From assembly GCA_036172245.1 (NCBI GenBank), contig JAYWIR010000024.1, positions 682,001 through 746,000 on the forward strand: a stretch of DNA of 64,000 bases, given 5' to 3'. Under the pieces are notes generated by a model that saw only the letters and a program-made list of their open reading frames with translations, ran no database searches and was not told where the DNA came from. Origin of the DNA: Raillietiella orientalis (lineage: Eukaryota). Position numbers and translations under genes: made by a program. Positions 50,339-64,000 of this stretch are shown piece after piece (position 1 is the stretch's first letter; each line of letters begins with the position of its first letter).

Positions 50339-52269
50339 TCAAACCAGTTGACTTAACATGGCACCTACAAGATGTAAAGAGCCAGTGATTAACACATGAA
50401 CTTGTTTGGCATCAGTAATGAGATTAATATGAGGTTGATTTCCCTGGAATCCTAACCATTCCAGAGCATCAGAAAGTGTGGGAAAGTTTTCTGCATGTGA
50501 ACTATTCATCTGCAGCCATATTGTCTTGTGATGCAAGCTGGTTTGCAGTAATTCAGTCTTATCAACTGATGCATACATTACATCTAAAAAATTCAAGTCC
50601 TATTGATGGTATCTATACATGCACACATAACAAAATCCAACTTCATATGTACAAGAAATAAAAAATATATATACTCTAATTTTTTTCATTACATTTTTTC
50701 AGTTCTGAGCCCCTAAAATTTAATTGGCCAAAAGTAAACAAATTGTTACTCTTTTTACCTGATGCCTGATAAGCAAGAAGAGGGGGGCAGAAAATAGCCA
50801 TATTAAAATGAATTTTTGCCAATAATTGCAAAAATTGTGTTGCATTGCGAGTTTTCATGCAGTAGAAAAGCAGTACATAAATCACACTGTTACTTCTTGA
50901 AAAGCACTGCATTCATTCTGAAACTTATCATGTATTTTTACCTTATGGAGTAACCTATTTGCGCTTCTTGCATAAACCATTCAATGCACTGAACAATGCT
51001 CAGTGGTGTATGTGCTCCATCAAGGTAGAACGCCCATTTGTCCCGACATACTATTTGATTCCGACCAGGCCAAAAGCAATTTTGTAAACCATGAATGAAA
51101 GGTGATGTTAGCTTAACTGGTGATAACAGACAAATAGTATCTTTATAATGCTGTTCAGACTGCACTGTATCTGCTTTTCTAGGTTCAAAATAGCTCATCC
51201 ATACGTGGGATATCTGGATTGCAAGTGAAGCATTCACCTTTTGAACAAGTCCAGAAAGACTTAAATTAATATCACTTAAGTCTTGAACAGGACATAAATA
51301 AAGAGGACACTAGAATATGATGTATGAACACAGCTGATAAACAAAGCTTGTTTTCTTACACCCGTTAATTTAGCTTCTTCCTTCAGGACAGAAAGTGCAC
51401 TCTCCTGCTGTGTAACAGTTAAAGCAGGTACATTTGGTTTCATGATACCAGCTTTCTGCCATGCAATTTCTTTCATTGTGTTTCCGAGTAAAGACTGATG
51501 ATCATAATCTAATGATGTAATGCCTACTACTACTGGATGACTGCATGAAAGTATCAGCAATGTTCAATTCTAGGTTCTCACCATACACAATTTGTGGAAT
51601 CATATCTACCACCAATGCCAACTTCTAAAATTGCTACATCCACCTTATTTTTCAAGAAAACATATAGTGCCATAATGGTGAGAAAAGTAAAATAATGAGG
51701 CATATCCTCTTCAAAGTTCTAGAAAAGAATTCAGCACATTTATATACCTGAATACTAAGAACCTTTTTTTGCTTCAGTAAATCATGTACATGCCAAAAAC
51801 ATTCGGCAAAATATTCCTCACTTAGGGGAATGCCATTTATTTGGATTCTCTCACGAACATGTATTAAATGTGGTGAAGAAAAAAATCCTGTTTTGAATCC
51901 ATTCTGACGAAGAATGCTCTCGGTAAAAGCACAAGTTGAGCCTTTTCCTTTCGTTCCTGCTACATGTATAACATTAAGCTTATCAAGTGCATCAAGACTT
52001 ATATTTAGTTTGTTCAAAGATATTGAAGTTTCGAGTACATTCAAATTCGGCTTTTCTTTTTTCATTTTGATTCGCTCTGCCAACACAGCTTGGTTTGATT
52101 GTAACAAATTTAAAGCTACCATTGCTTTCTAAAAAGTGTAAAGTAGGATCTATCAACTTATTATCAGTCTTTTAAATATGCCTCACAGCTTTTCAATGCA
52201 AAATTTACAAGAAAAACTTAGAACCTGATATGAATCCGATGATCTACTGTATGCCATTTTTGACATCAT
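50339..52269 (-). CDS. FPGS: Folylpolyglutamate synthase, 7 coding exons
   Basis: ALNLLQSN, IHVAGTKGKGSTCAF, GFFSSPHLIHVRERIQING, AILEVGIGGRYDSTN, GITSLDYDH..LLGNT..EIAWQKAGIMK, WPGRNQ, YLDGAHT, VLITGSLHLVG. An upstream targeting exon may exist. Confidence 0.96.
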
Positions 52270-54784
52270 GTTCTCTGCTGTGACTGCTTTCACACAAAAC
52301 TTGCAATACTTATGTATTTATTTGTAAATATTCATATTTTGAAACATTCCAAAATTTGCAAACATACTAATTTCCCTCTGAGCATATCACTTTATTTTGT
52401 GATACTTTTATTGGGGGTCAGCAAATACAGTTTTATAAACTCTGCTAGATCTTTCCTAATTGAAAAAGGAATCATCTCATTGAAGTCGTAAAAACTACTG
52501 ACTTTGGTAGTAATGCTAGTGCTTTCTTTTACCACAAGGCAGTCTCATTGAATTAAAATCTTAAAAATGCTTCACTTTTCCATAACCAATAAACAAACTC
52601 AATCTTAGAAAAAAATGCAGTTTACAAAAGTGAGCACTTGTACATAATGAAAAGGGTTAGTACAGGATTTAACAAACTAAACAAACGGTTCGTCACTGCT
52701 ACCAAAAACTTCCAAATTAGGCCATTTGCAGGGCATATGGCAGTGCACGTGAAAATCTTCCACACAAGGCATTCATCACGATTATCTACAAATCACCAAG
52801 CATTCAACAAGCGTAAATCTGGAATTTAGCTTAGAAAAACCTGAATTTTTCTGCTAACAGGCTGTCATTAATAATAACCACCTGTTAATCAATTATATGC
52901 CCTGATAAATAGACGAACATACATTAAAAATCTTTATTATGGTTTTGCGCACAATTCGAATCCAATTTCAAATCATTACTTTCCAATTTAATGGCCTTAT
53001 CCCACGATAACATCCTCCTACGCATTTGCAATTAGACGAACTGCAGATGCCATCTTCTGCCGCACTTAAATCTTGCTACACTTCTTGCAAATGCCACAGG
53101 GCATAATTAGGTAAATGATTGGTATGCACCCTTTTCTGTTTCAGAGTGAAAGAATGCTATGTGAAATGGATTGCAGATTTTCTCGTTTTGAAAACCTTGA
53201 ATTTATAAATGAAAATACGAGTTCCTTCTTTCTTTCAACGTTGAAGTTATCAGCTTTTATTTTTGTTGCTCTGTTGTTTACTTAAAGTTGTTTATTTTTG
53301 ATAAAGAATCCACTTAAAGGAGTTTGGTTAGTTGGGAATGACTTACATACATGAACACCCAGAATTGTCAGATTACACAGCGGATAATGTTAACGAACAC
53401 CACGCATGCTTGAACTCCGCATGACCTGAAATCGCGTCCCGCGAGGTGTTCGCGATGCCAACCTCTAAACTCTTAAATTTGATTAATTTCACATATAGTT
53501 GCCATAGACGTTGCCACAGTTTTGCCATAGACGTTGCCTGAATGATAAGACATCGGACGACTTTCCACATCGCGCCGATAATAACCGTATCGGGAATGTG
53601 ATTTCCATTATCTCCTGTGATAAATAATGGAATGACTTAAATAATGGCAGTAAAAAAAAAAAAAAAAAAATGTTCGTAGCTTTGTTTTGAAACTTTTAAC
53701 TTCAGAAATATTGGCAGAAAATCACAATAAGTGAACATCAAAGGAAACTACAGAGAGCAAAAAGTATACTACATCTGACATCCGGTATTAAACTATAAAG
53801 AAAAAAAAGTAAGAATTAATAACAAAGAAGCCAATATGGAATGTAAATATAAATCCAGTCGCTTTATTCTTCATGATACAGTGATTCATAATTTATATAC
53901 AACTTTTCGAGGTACAGTAAGTTTAATATTCACTTATTCAGAAGAGTTAACAGGTCAATGATTAACTGCGTACAGAAATGTAAATCGCAAGAACTGATTA
54001 TAAAAACATAAGGAAAAGGAAAAGGAGGATAGTTCAACATACTCTTTTATGAACTGTAAACAGCGCGAAAAAAATCAATCATCAGACGCATCCAAATTAA
54101 GGTGTTTATTTAATTGATTATTTAATTTAACTTTGGAGGAACAAGGTTTAACAACTCTTTAAGTGAATTTCATGACTCTGGAATTTGCACTTCTAGAAAG
54201 ATTACAATTGCATTTTTTCCAGATTCTGAATAGTATTTCAGCAATTGCTGGGTTCAGAAATTCGACTGCGTGGAGTGCATCATACGTTTCCAGCAAATAA
54301 GTTCCTGTTCCTAAGGCACAACACATCAAGAAATATTTTTCCTCCTAATCTTCCACGAGAATTTCAGATGTAATAACAGTGCAGCGTCACTTGAAAGCAA
54401 ATGAAAAATGGAACATACTATGAATTCAGAATAGCACCCAACATTGTACGGAAACGATATGCAGAAATAAAATATTATCCAACTTTCATTTTCCTTTTCA
54501 GAAAGGAATGTATAAATTCCTTTCTAATGGAAATTACCCCCTTGAGAACAAAAGCTTTTAGTCTCTCAGTGTTTGAGTGCCCAATGTTACCCGGAATTAA
54601 CTTCTGGCAAGCTTTAAATAAGAGGAGCAAGGAATACGGAGAGCATTAGAAATATTTGTCATGAGATTTTATTACTTCAATGAAATAAAACAAATCCGTG
54701 TGAATTCTTCAAATCTACGCCTTAAAAGGATCTGCTAGCGGTGGAGTGCGAATCTGTGCATTATAAGGTTCATCAAACTTCGGC

Positions 54785-54950
54785 CTAGGAAGCATCAGCC
54801 ACATAGCGGAAATTAAACATTTATGCGAAATATCGTCGAAAAGGTTTATTATAAATATCAGTTATGATGGAGTTAAGACTTAGGGGTTTTTGATATAGTC
54901 GAGGAACATCCGTTCCCGAACTAGCAGGTAACCGTATTTTGAATATTGTG
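54785..54950 (+). repeat. Diverged dispersed repeat, copy 1
   Basis: Shares ctaggaagcat, cggaaattaaacattt, atcagttatgatg and gtattttgaatatt in order with 61850-62035. Confidence 0.7.
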
Positions 54951-57900
54951 CCTTGGATTTCGATTTCGCTCTAGCATTCAACAACGAATAGAAATCGTGT
55001 GGGTCACGGAATCCAAACACACACAAAACAACTCTTTAATTAAGAGTTCCATTAGTATTAGGGTCCCTAATTAGTGCTAACAACTACGGAATGTTCCAAC
55101 CTGTAATTGTTCCACCTCCCAGTCCAGATTAGTAACTCAGCTTTCTATTGTGTTTGTTTTGTTTTATTTCCGTTAAAAATACATGGAAGTTCCGTCGAAG
55201 GCTTTCCTTACTCTAATTTATGCAAACGAAATATCTCAGAAAGATTTGCCATATACACACGTGTTCATGAGTGTTTTACAATTGTAATAAACCTACTCCC
55301 AAATACAGACTTTATAAAAATACGTTAATACACATTAGTTAATAATGCAAATAGATATGCAGACACATTTTTCACAGTTTCAGTTTTTTTTACGCGTAAG
55401 AAAGTAAGAAAGCAGTAGCTGAACCCTAAGTGGATTCGCATGAATGAATAAAGTAATGGCAAAAATAAAACTGAATTTGTTGAACTGAAGCAGCAAACCA
55501 AAACAGTAGTCACCCTCAAAACGTGTTCAAGAAGAAGCACTAAAAGTCTCAATCAGAGAGCAATGATTTAAAGGATTATCGCCTCTGACTTTTCCAAGCA
55601 AAAAATACCTAAGCATTGAAAATGAAGAGAAATTTTTCGTTCTCATCCTTTTGCCTTCAATCATAGATGTTTGTAACGTGTTGTTTGGGAATGCTAGAAG
55701 CCTAAACTCTTGTGGATAACGCCTGTAAAAGCAATTTTTGAATCGGTTCTTGGAGAATCTTTCAAGGAAAGAAAAATTAAAATTCTTCGAGAATTTGAAG
55801 AATGAGTTCCCTCCCAGTTTAGCTTACTTTCTTGGCGAGTATTTTCCAAACAAAAACTTTTACCTTCTATAGTAATTAATTTCCCCTTTTTTAAGAACAG
55901 ATAATCCGGTTTTTTACTTAAATGAATGGTAAATTCGTGAATCAAGTGTTAACAAACTGACAGCAAAATATTTCTTATCGTATTGTCATGAAAAAATGCC
56001 GTAACTGCAGAACAACCATGGTAGATGCGAGGAACCAGATCTTGATAGATCGATTCATTACTTTCTGAATGAAAAGTGAACATTGCCATTAAAAGCGAAC
56101 CACTGTGGGAACAAACGTAAATTAATATCTGTGAATTCTTGCGTTCATCTATGAACGAATCATTAAAAGAAACCATAATCACCAATACGGGATTACTAAG
56201 ACAGAAGCTTGCTTCATTCTTCGAAAAATATGCCCCCATGTTACAAAATTCCTTCGATTTGAGATTCTAAATTCATAAAAAACATTTAAGTGGAACAATA
56301 AAATCAGGAAAGTATTCAAGATGCAGACAATGCATTAAGCTCAAGAATCGAAAAACAAAGGACGTTATCCAAGGTTAGCAGCTGTTGCTATTGGCAAAAT
56401 AATCTAAGTATCTTGAGAAGAAGGCTGTCTTCAAAACCTGACACTTCATTTCGATTTGTATTTCAGGCCATTACGCCTTAACAAACGGCAGCTTGAGACT
56501 TTTTCTGTGGATCCTTGTAACTGGATAAATTAAGTTTTTTGTTTGTATCTTTGTTTTTAGGGACAACATGTTCTGAAGAGCTGAAAATTTAATCTCATCC
56601 TTATATGCAGAAGTTCTGTGGATCCGCATAAAGCCTAGGATCGATGGTTTGAATCCAAGAAACAAATTTTTAATTCACTGTAGTCGGATTTTCTCCGAAG
56701 ACTACTATTCTGAGATTAATTCTTCATACATGGTCCACAAATATCGGCACATTTTACTTAAACTTGGATGCTTTGACGGTACACATTTTTTACCCTACTC
56801 CGGAAAAAGAACTTAGTATTCTAAAGGTTCTTCATAGTCGCAAGAAATTTTGCCTGCCTACTGAAGAAAGCATATGCAATACTGGCTTGATTTAAAAAAA
56901 GAAAGTTTTTGGCTATAAAGTGGAAAGCTCATATAGCTGATTCCAGGATTACATTTCTTTTTAAATTCTCTAACCCGAAAACATCAAAGACATTCTAGAA
57001 CAGGCGGAAGATGGCCATTAAGTCACTTCATTTTCATTTGCATGTTATATGCAGGAAATGTTCATTCCAACGGAAACAAGTTGAGGTGTGTATCCTACAC
57101 ACTGATGTAGAAAAAAAATTTCCCCATCTCTCTTGTGCTGTCTCCATATCTATAGGGATACAACAAACAGCTTTGAATTCATTGAGGAGCCTTCTTCCGA
57201 TTACACACATCTTTTTACGGAAACACGTATACTTAGATTATTTTTTTTCAGTACTATCAAAAACATCTCGAAGCTTATAGGTGATGCGTCTAAAACAGGA
57301 CTTTTATTTTGCACATCCTGCTTAGACACTGATGCTTTAAAAAAAAATAATGTCATTTATTTTCTTAATTAGTCTTAGGAGCACCTACATGAATGTTTTT
57401 TTTGAATGTCAACACCTATCTACAATGCATTAAGCAGATTGCATGTTGCAGCCGGTTTCTTCTATTTTCCCACATAAAGAGAGAGATCTAGATTTTGTAT
57501 TTCCCAGTAAAAAAAAATGCCTTCTTTTGTATAATAAATGACTGTCCATGTCGGATAGTGTTTTTTTTTTTTTTCATAAGATATTCAAGGACAAATTTAA
57601 ACAGCTTTCAGCATTTTCAAATTTTTTTGAGAATTCGGGAAATGAACTTGGGAACCTTGTTCAATTAATCTTTTGAACCATGTAAACACTGTTCCCAGAA
57701 AATGTGAAAATATTGAAGACGCTGGAAAACGTGATACTTTGAATAAGTGAATTTTGTTTCACACTAGATTGCAGAAAGTGTAAACATTGGTTTTATTTTC
57801 AATACGAAATCATGATCTTCAATTTGAATTGCATATAATGTTGAAATTAAAAATATTAATACAATTTATCCAAGTTGAAAGACATCTTTTCTACGCAAGC

Positions 57901-58554
57901 ATAATGCTGTATATCCAGGAAAATTTATTAAAACTATACTTTGAAATCCTTAATAAAAAATTTATAGCATAGCATTTTCAGACCATTTCTGTCTGGTGCG
58001 TACGAAAGTGATTTTCATGGTTTGAATGGGCTTTTTATTTTGGTAATGAACTTGGAACTCATCTCAACGACTAAGCCATTTCATAAGTTACCGACTTGCT
58101 AAAAAAAATGAAAAACAATCACATTAAGCACCATGCCTGAAGAAGGAGGAAACAAAATTCAGGAGTAAGGCTGGTGTTATCAATATTTAGTTTCTATTCT
58201 TAAGAGTTCATAGAATTCGGATGCGCATTTGGGAAGAACTCAGTCCATCAGGAAAGATGTTCTAAAATCATTTCGAATATTATGGTTCCCCTATATAACT
58301 TCAAAATTTCCCTTTAACGGTTTTTATAATTTTCATGATCTCCAGTCACCTCACATTGGAAATGCGAAATCTCAACAGGTTTGCTATGTAGACGGTCGGT
58401 AAGTAAGAAACGCCCGTTGAATTTGCTGTGTTCTTCAGAATTACGGTTATAAATTTAGAGTTGCCTTCACATATGTGTAGGTAGGAAAAATGAATAAAGG
58501 ATATCTATCGTTCATACTGTACATAGGTTCATGTTCAGAAATACCGGCTGACAC

Positions 58555-58654
58555 TTTCGTCGAATATCTCATTAAGAGTTTAGTTATGCATGACTGAACA
58601 AGCTTTTCATCGAATACTTCATTAAGAGTTTAGTTATGCATGACTGAACAAGCT
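58555..58654. repeat. 50-bp tandem duplication
   Basis: tttc(g/a)tcgaata..cattaagagtttagttatgcatgactgaacaagct occurs twice, with 3 differences. Confidence 0.92.
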
Positions 58655-59720
58655 GATCTCCCTTATTTTCACAGACCCATAAACGATGCTCAGAATCTCA
58701 ATCCATCGGAGTAATTGCAATAAGCAACGGATTCCTTGGAAACAGACATATTCATCTCATTCCCAAGAGACTTCATACACCGTTTAGAATTTACACATCC
58801 TTTTCGTTGCATTGCTCTACCATATAAGGAGTACTTCAAATTGGTTGTCATTCAAACAACATAATCACTAACCAAATTCGCTCTCTCAAAATTGAAAGTA
58901 ACCCAAACATTGTGAAAGTGGTAAGGCATTTGAATATCAGATCAGAAACCCTGGAGACCATGGAGAAAACATTTTTCCAATTCAGCATTCAAAACTGGAG
59001 AAGTTCAATAAGAACAGGCGAAAATATTTGTGCAATTCATGTCATGTCTGGCTTTACATCTCTATAATCAATTTTTCGGAAATCAATATTCCCTTTATTA
59101 TCAATAACATGATTGTTTACTTCTACGAACCTTTGTTTCTATCAAATTGAACTACACAAACGTGAAAAATAATTCAAGGAATAGATTGCAAACAACTATT
59201 CTTTTCGGCAATTATTAATAAATATGGACTTATGAGATCAAATCAGCAAAATGATTGAAAATGGGTATCGGAAGCGATCTCAATGAGCACAAGTGAACCT
59301 TCCGAAGAAATTTCTCATTTCAAAAGTTCAATTAGCAGCAACATGTAAATCGGATATAGTAATAAATAGGATATGAAATGCAATAACAATAACATAAGTA
59401 TGACATCATTGTCAAACTATTACTTTTCTATGATACCTCATTGGGCTATTGAAAGTATTTTATCTCAATCAGACTCATCATGATGAACTTTGATTATCTT
59501 TGAAATTTTCATTGAAATCGTCTTTGTTTACCAAGAAGTTCTTAGTAATCTTCAAATTCAATGCTTTTTTTTTTATCATGTAGCAAGTTTGCGTACCTTA
59601 TCTTCAAATGAATGAAGAAGGTAAATAAACATTTCATGTAATCAATGAAGCAGTTATTAATTGTAAATATTATTTTGGGTTCCATGTTCATACCAATATA
59701 CCTTTATATGATCTGCATTA

Positions 59721-59774
59721 CTTGTACAATTTGATAAAAAAAAATATATATTTTTTTTTATCAAATTGCACAAG
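59721..59774. repeat. 54-bp near-perfect AT-rich palindrome
   Basis: cttgtacaatttgat(A9)tat|ata(T9)atcaaattgcacaag, with one mismatch and no spacer. Confidence 0.9.
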
Positions 59775-61849
59775 GTAATTAGGTAAGTGATTAGACACCA
59801 AAGTAAATAAAGTCACAGGGCATTTCTCATTTTTTTGCTGATTTGCTGAAATTCGAAGTTGTTTCCAAACTCTCCACAAATATGTTTATGTTCTTATGCG
59901 TCTCCATTTCTTCTTTCACTCGGAATTTCGATTTTAAAACTCCGTTTCAGTTTTTTTTGAGTTTTCAGCATCTGTCTTCTTCAAGGATTAAACAGTCTCC
60001 TTTAAAATATTAGAATGCAGATGTTACTTATATCCCTGTATTGCGAAAATCCCAAGTACAGTCGCAGCAGAAATATCTTTAACGCAACCGAATTTTTATG
60101 TATTGAAATAGTTTTAAAATAGGTGAGGGTATCCAAACTTAAATAAGCAAATGGATATATTCACGCACATTATGCGCAGTTCCAATCCTCTTAGAATTCC
60201 CATAGAGAGAACACTACAATAACATAGAGGAAAAGCAACTAAGAAATAGGAAAAGTAATTGAAACAGAAAGATAGCTAAATTGGAGTAAATAAGTTATTT
60301 GAATTTTATTTAATACTCAAATACCATTGAAGAACGAATTATGGCGCTAAGCAAACAAAAGATTGCTTAAGAACTAAGATATGCCTAAGATTTTAAAGTA
60401 TAATTTCAAGTGTAAATCTTAAAAGATATAATGAAAAGCAATTTTGCCACTTCGCATAACTGAAATACTGTTTGTAAAGTATGCTGTTTATTTTAATTAG
60501 GATAATTTTGTTAGGTTACTTTTGGAGTTTAATCAATTTCGTTCGGTGGTAGTCCATTTCTTTATAGCAATCATTAGTATTAGAACTGCTGAAATTTTTG
60601 ACTATGTTCATCTTCCTGTAGAAATTTGTTATTTTTTTACTCTGAAATTGTGCCATGTTTATTTTGGTTTGTAATGTGTGAAAAATCGTCTGAAGATTGA
60701 CCTGGAAACGTGCAATCACTTCATTAACTTTTAATTGTTTGATAGATTTCATTCTTTCAGAATACCTGTTCTGATACTTTCCTAAATCATGAATGACATT
60801 ATGTCTCACCAATAAAAAGTACCGAAAATGGTCACAAGCATCATTCACTTGATATGTGAACTCTGCATAAACCAAAGCGGGGAAGATTTTCTCTAGAAAC
60901 TACAATTCAATTAGTGTGTGAATATTACAATTAGGATGAATTATTAAAGAAATACAAAAAATTCACCATTCGTTTTATTCTTTAAATATATTTTTGTTCT
61001 GTATTAACTTAGCATTAGCATTGATTTTACTGTCTATTTGAACATATAAACATTGTGGTGATAAGTACATAGTTCTCAGATAAATCTCATTTTACATTCT
61101 ACCTGTGTTGGTATCGGTTTCAGCGTGTACTGCTAAATCATACTTGCTGCTTATTATTCATTATTTGTTTGCATATTATTATTTGATGTTCACATCCATA
61201 CAGATGTACCTTGTAAGCATATATATCTAGGCGCTTGGACATGTCGTGCATATGTGAACTTTGCACAGCTAATTTCCGACATATGTTTCCAATGATTGCT
61301 CAATGCAGGCACAGGAAATACAAACTGACATTATATGAAGAATTCTATTTATCATCCGCTTCATATTTAATTTTTAAATATAGTTGGAAATCGGTGATCG
61401 TTTTATTATTGAAGTGGTTATTAGAAATTGAATTTTAATTTTTAGATCTTTAGGAGAATGAGCTTCAATATACCAATTTTAAATTTAGAGTTCTGTCATT
61501 TTAATACAGTGGAAGATATTGAGAAATATTTATCAACTCTAGAATTCATCTGTAAATTTATTGATTTTCTTAAGTAAAAAAAATGATTTTCTTCTGATGA
61601 AACCAGCATTTAATTTGTCGTGTTTGAGATGTCACTATTGACTCAGAATTAAGTTATCACAAGCTTTAAATACTAGAAACAATTGATGTTGATAAAGGCA
61701 GAAATATTTTTAAATACATTCCATTTTCCCATTAAAATAAACGAAATTCGCGTACATTCTTTAAATCTATGTTTTAAAATAGTTTTTTTTAATGATGGAA
61801 TGTAGACGCTTGCCGCCATATTGTTTGAAGCACATCTAGTATCGTGACG

Positions 61850-62035
61850 CTAGGAAGCATTAGTCGAATAACGGAAATTAAACATTTGTGGATAGGTCGT
61901 GGAAGAATGATCGTGGAACAATTCAAAATCATTATCGTAAACATCAGTTATGATGAAGAATTGTAAAGTTTTATGATATATTTGAGAAATATTTGTTCCT
62001 GCACTAACAGGTGCTGTAGTATTTTGAATATTTAT
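61850..62035 (+). repeat. Diverged dispersed repeat, copy 2 (immediately upstream of the BET gene start)
   Basis: Same ordered blocks as 54785-54950. Confidence 0.7.
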
Positions 62036-62240
62036 CTTGTCTACAAAGACTGAGTTAATGTTATAAAGTACGACTACGACAGAATCGGTCCAACGTGACT
62101 GATGTATAACAGCTACTATGTCAAAGCTAAACTGAAAGCAATGCATGGTAAATGCGATAAAGTGAAATACAAAAGCGTGGAAGACGCTTGGTACAGTGAT
62201 TGAATTATCTCAATAGTGTATGCGTATGTAAGGAATTTTC

Positions 62241-63251
62241 ATGGATAGCCACCAAGACACAGGCATTGTTTCCGGGTAAGCACGTTGCTCAGTGGATGCT
62301 TCATTTTTTTTTTTCCTTGTAAACGTTTGAAAATTTCTTCCCTTTTCTTAATAGACATGTTGATAGACCCGAAATAAAGAGAGAAGATATTGAATTAAAG
62401 GATTATTTAGGAATGATAGAGGTATGCATTCCGAATTAAATTGCCTACAGTTGTTTGATGTATGAGAATTGCAGAATTCGGACAAAAAAGAACCTGATAT
62501 GTTAGCAAGGGATGATCCAATCTTAGATGCTAATTATAATGGGATTGTACAGCCCAGTGTTGTCCCACCCCCCAATCGACCTGGTAGACTAACAAATCAA
62601 CTAGTTTTTTTAGCTAAAGATGTCATGAAAGTTCTGTGGAAACACGAATATTCTTGGCCTTTTCTTAGTCCAGTCGATGCAAAAAAACTAAATATTCCAG
62701 TAAGATTTCCAATCAAGCTTGCATTATCCTTAATTTATTAAACTAATTGTTCTTTTCAGGATTATTATAAAATAATTAAGCATCCAATGGATCTTGGTAC
62801 AATTAAGAAAAGATTAGAAAACGATTATTATACAAGTGCTAAGGAGTGTATACAAGATTTTAATACAATGTTTACAAACTGTTATGTGTATAACAAACCG
62901 GGTGAAGATGTTGTGCTAATGGCACAGACTTTAGAAAAGCTCTTTCTCACAAAAGTTTCCCAAATGCCAAAAGATGAAATTGTTACAGAGAGTCGAGTTC
63001 CACGTAGAGGGAAAGGCAAAAAAGGACGTCCTGTTATTGCACGTGGACGACCACCTGTTAATTCCCAACCAGTGACCTCTAGTGTTACAGTTGTGCAATC
63101 TACTATAGCATCTTCTCCATTATCAGCTACTACTACTGGAACAACACAGTTACCTCTCACAAACTCCACAACTGCAGTGGTTTCTGGAAATTTAGCCCCA
63201 ATTTCCCATTCTGCCCCTTTATCTGGCTCTCACAATGTCATCCCTCAACAG
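62241..63251 (+). CDS. fs(1)h: BET-family bromodomain protein (fs(1)h/BRD2-4), 5' part; exons 62241-62275, 62355-62421, 62475-62699, 62760-63251; continues beyond the window
   Basis: [22 protein letters not shown]...[41 protein letters not shown]...[27 protein letters not shown] is BET bromodomain 1. The first two small exons are phase-compatible but less certain. Confidence 0.95.
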
Positions 63252-64000
63252 GTTGGTTTATGTTATTGAAAAAAAGTTCATGTGCTATCTTTTTGTGACG
63301 TATCATTGCTTATAGTATACACATGGGCTTCTTATATTTATTGCATCCTTTGCTTTTGTGTTTTAAGTGACATTGATTTATATCAATCTGAAAGCATCCG
63401 AATGGTTGCTGATTTGACTGACGTGATTAATAGATGTTTCAGTCCATTACTAGCGTATATCGCATGCTTTGAAATATTTGTGCATTTTAATCCGCAGAAT
63501 AGTCAATGATGCAAGTTTTAAAATAAGATCATTAGCGATAAACTCATTAATTTAAAAAGTGCTTTGAAGGCAACTCGTTAATATTATAAATAAAATGTTT
63601 TTTTATCAGCATAGTGTGAATTCGGGGGGAAAATTGTCCAGTTTTCTTGACTTATGAGAGTCTAGGTAGTGGTGATCCTTTGAGATGATTTTTCAAATTT
63701 TTCAAAGTAGAATGGTCATTAATTAATTCACCTTATTTATAACTGGAAGATCTTGCATAAAATTAAATCTGCAAAATTTCTTCAAATTGCATAATAATTT
63801 TTTGTTTTTGTTTGTAATTTACTCCACTTTTTAAAGGTCGAGTTGGGTTTCTATAACAATGCATGAATCTTTTTGCAGTACTATAGAGCAAACCAATAAA
63901 AAGTGCATGCATTCAGGACATTTTAAGAGCAAATTGTTAGCTTCAAGAATTTTCATTCAATTTAGTTATTATTTGGTTGACAGTGTAAGCTGTTTGCCAT

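Noticed and set aside
55600..59500. Faint PTP-like words (ILIYVCSHSG; FFQFSIQNW)
   Set aside because: Short isolated matches amid stops; could be chance.
1..64000. tRNA, rRNA, snRNA and hammerhead ribozyme motifs
   Set aside because: The CTGATGA occurrences I checked lack a correctly placed stem and GAAA. No cloverleaf or snRNA signature was recognised by eye; a covariance-model scan is needed to exclude them.

Overview
This is eukaryotic genomic DNA from an animal, most likely an arthropod or other ecdysozoan. The background is AT-rich and many introns are very short (37-53 bp). Four complete spliced genes can be reconstructed by hand: E93/Eip93F-like pipsqueak transcription factor (minus, 13757-20282), MFSD10 transporter (plus, 35080-37617), neuropathy target esterase sws/PNPLA6-7 (plus, 43900-50299) and folylpolyglutamate synthase (minus, 50339-52269). 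The 5' part of a BET bromodomain gene starts at 62241 on the plus strand and runs off the window. The first 13 kb and 21.5-29.7 kb are accessory. They hold several diverged, decayed L1/Tx1-like non-LTR retrotransposons, a Gypsy integrase scrap and a Misato pseudogene. They also hold GC-rich gene fragments whose codon usage contrasts sharply with the resident genes (MARF1 LOTUS domains; a spliced HS2ST/pipe-like sulfotransferase). The most notable signals are: (1) a 350-bp strand-specific C-depleted tract inside a LINE where the surviving Cs are enriched in CpG, a candidate deaminase hypermutation scar; (2) a decayed duplicate of the catalytic DGG exon of sws, probably a lost mutually exclusive exon; (3) the GC-rich, compositionally foreign gene fragments; (4) the ultra-short introns; (5) convergent sws/FPGS stop codons only 39 bp apart. 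All homology calls come from motif recognition by eye, not from database searches.
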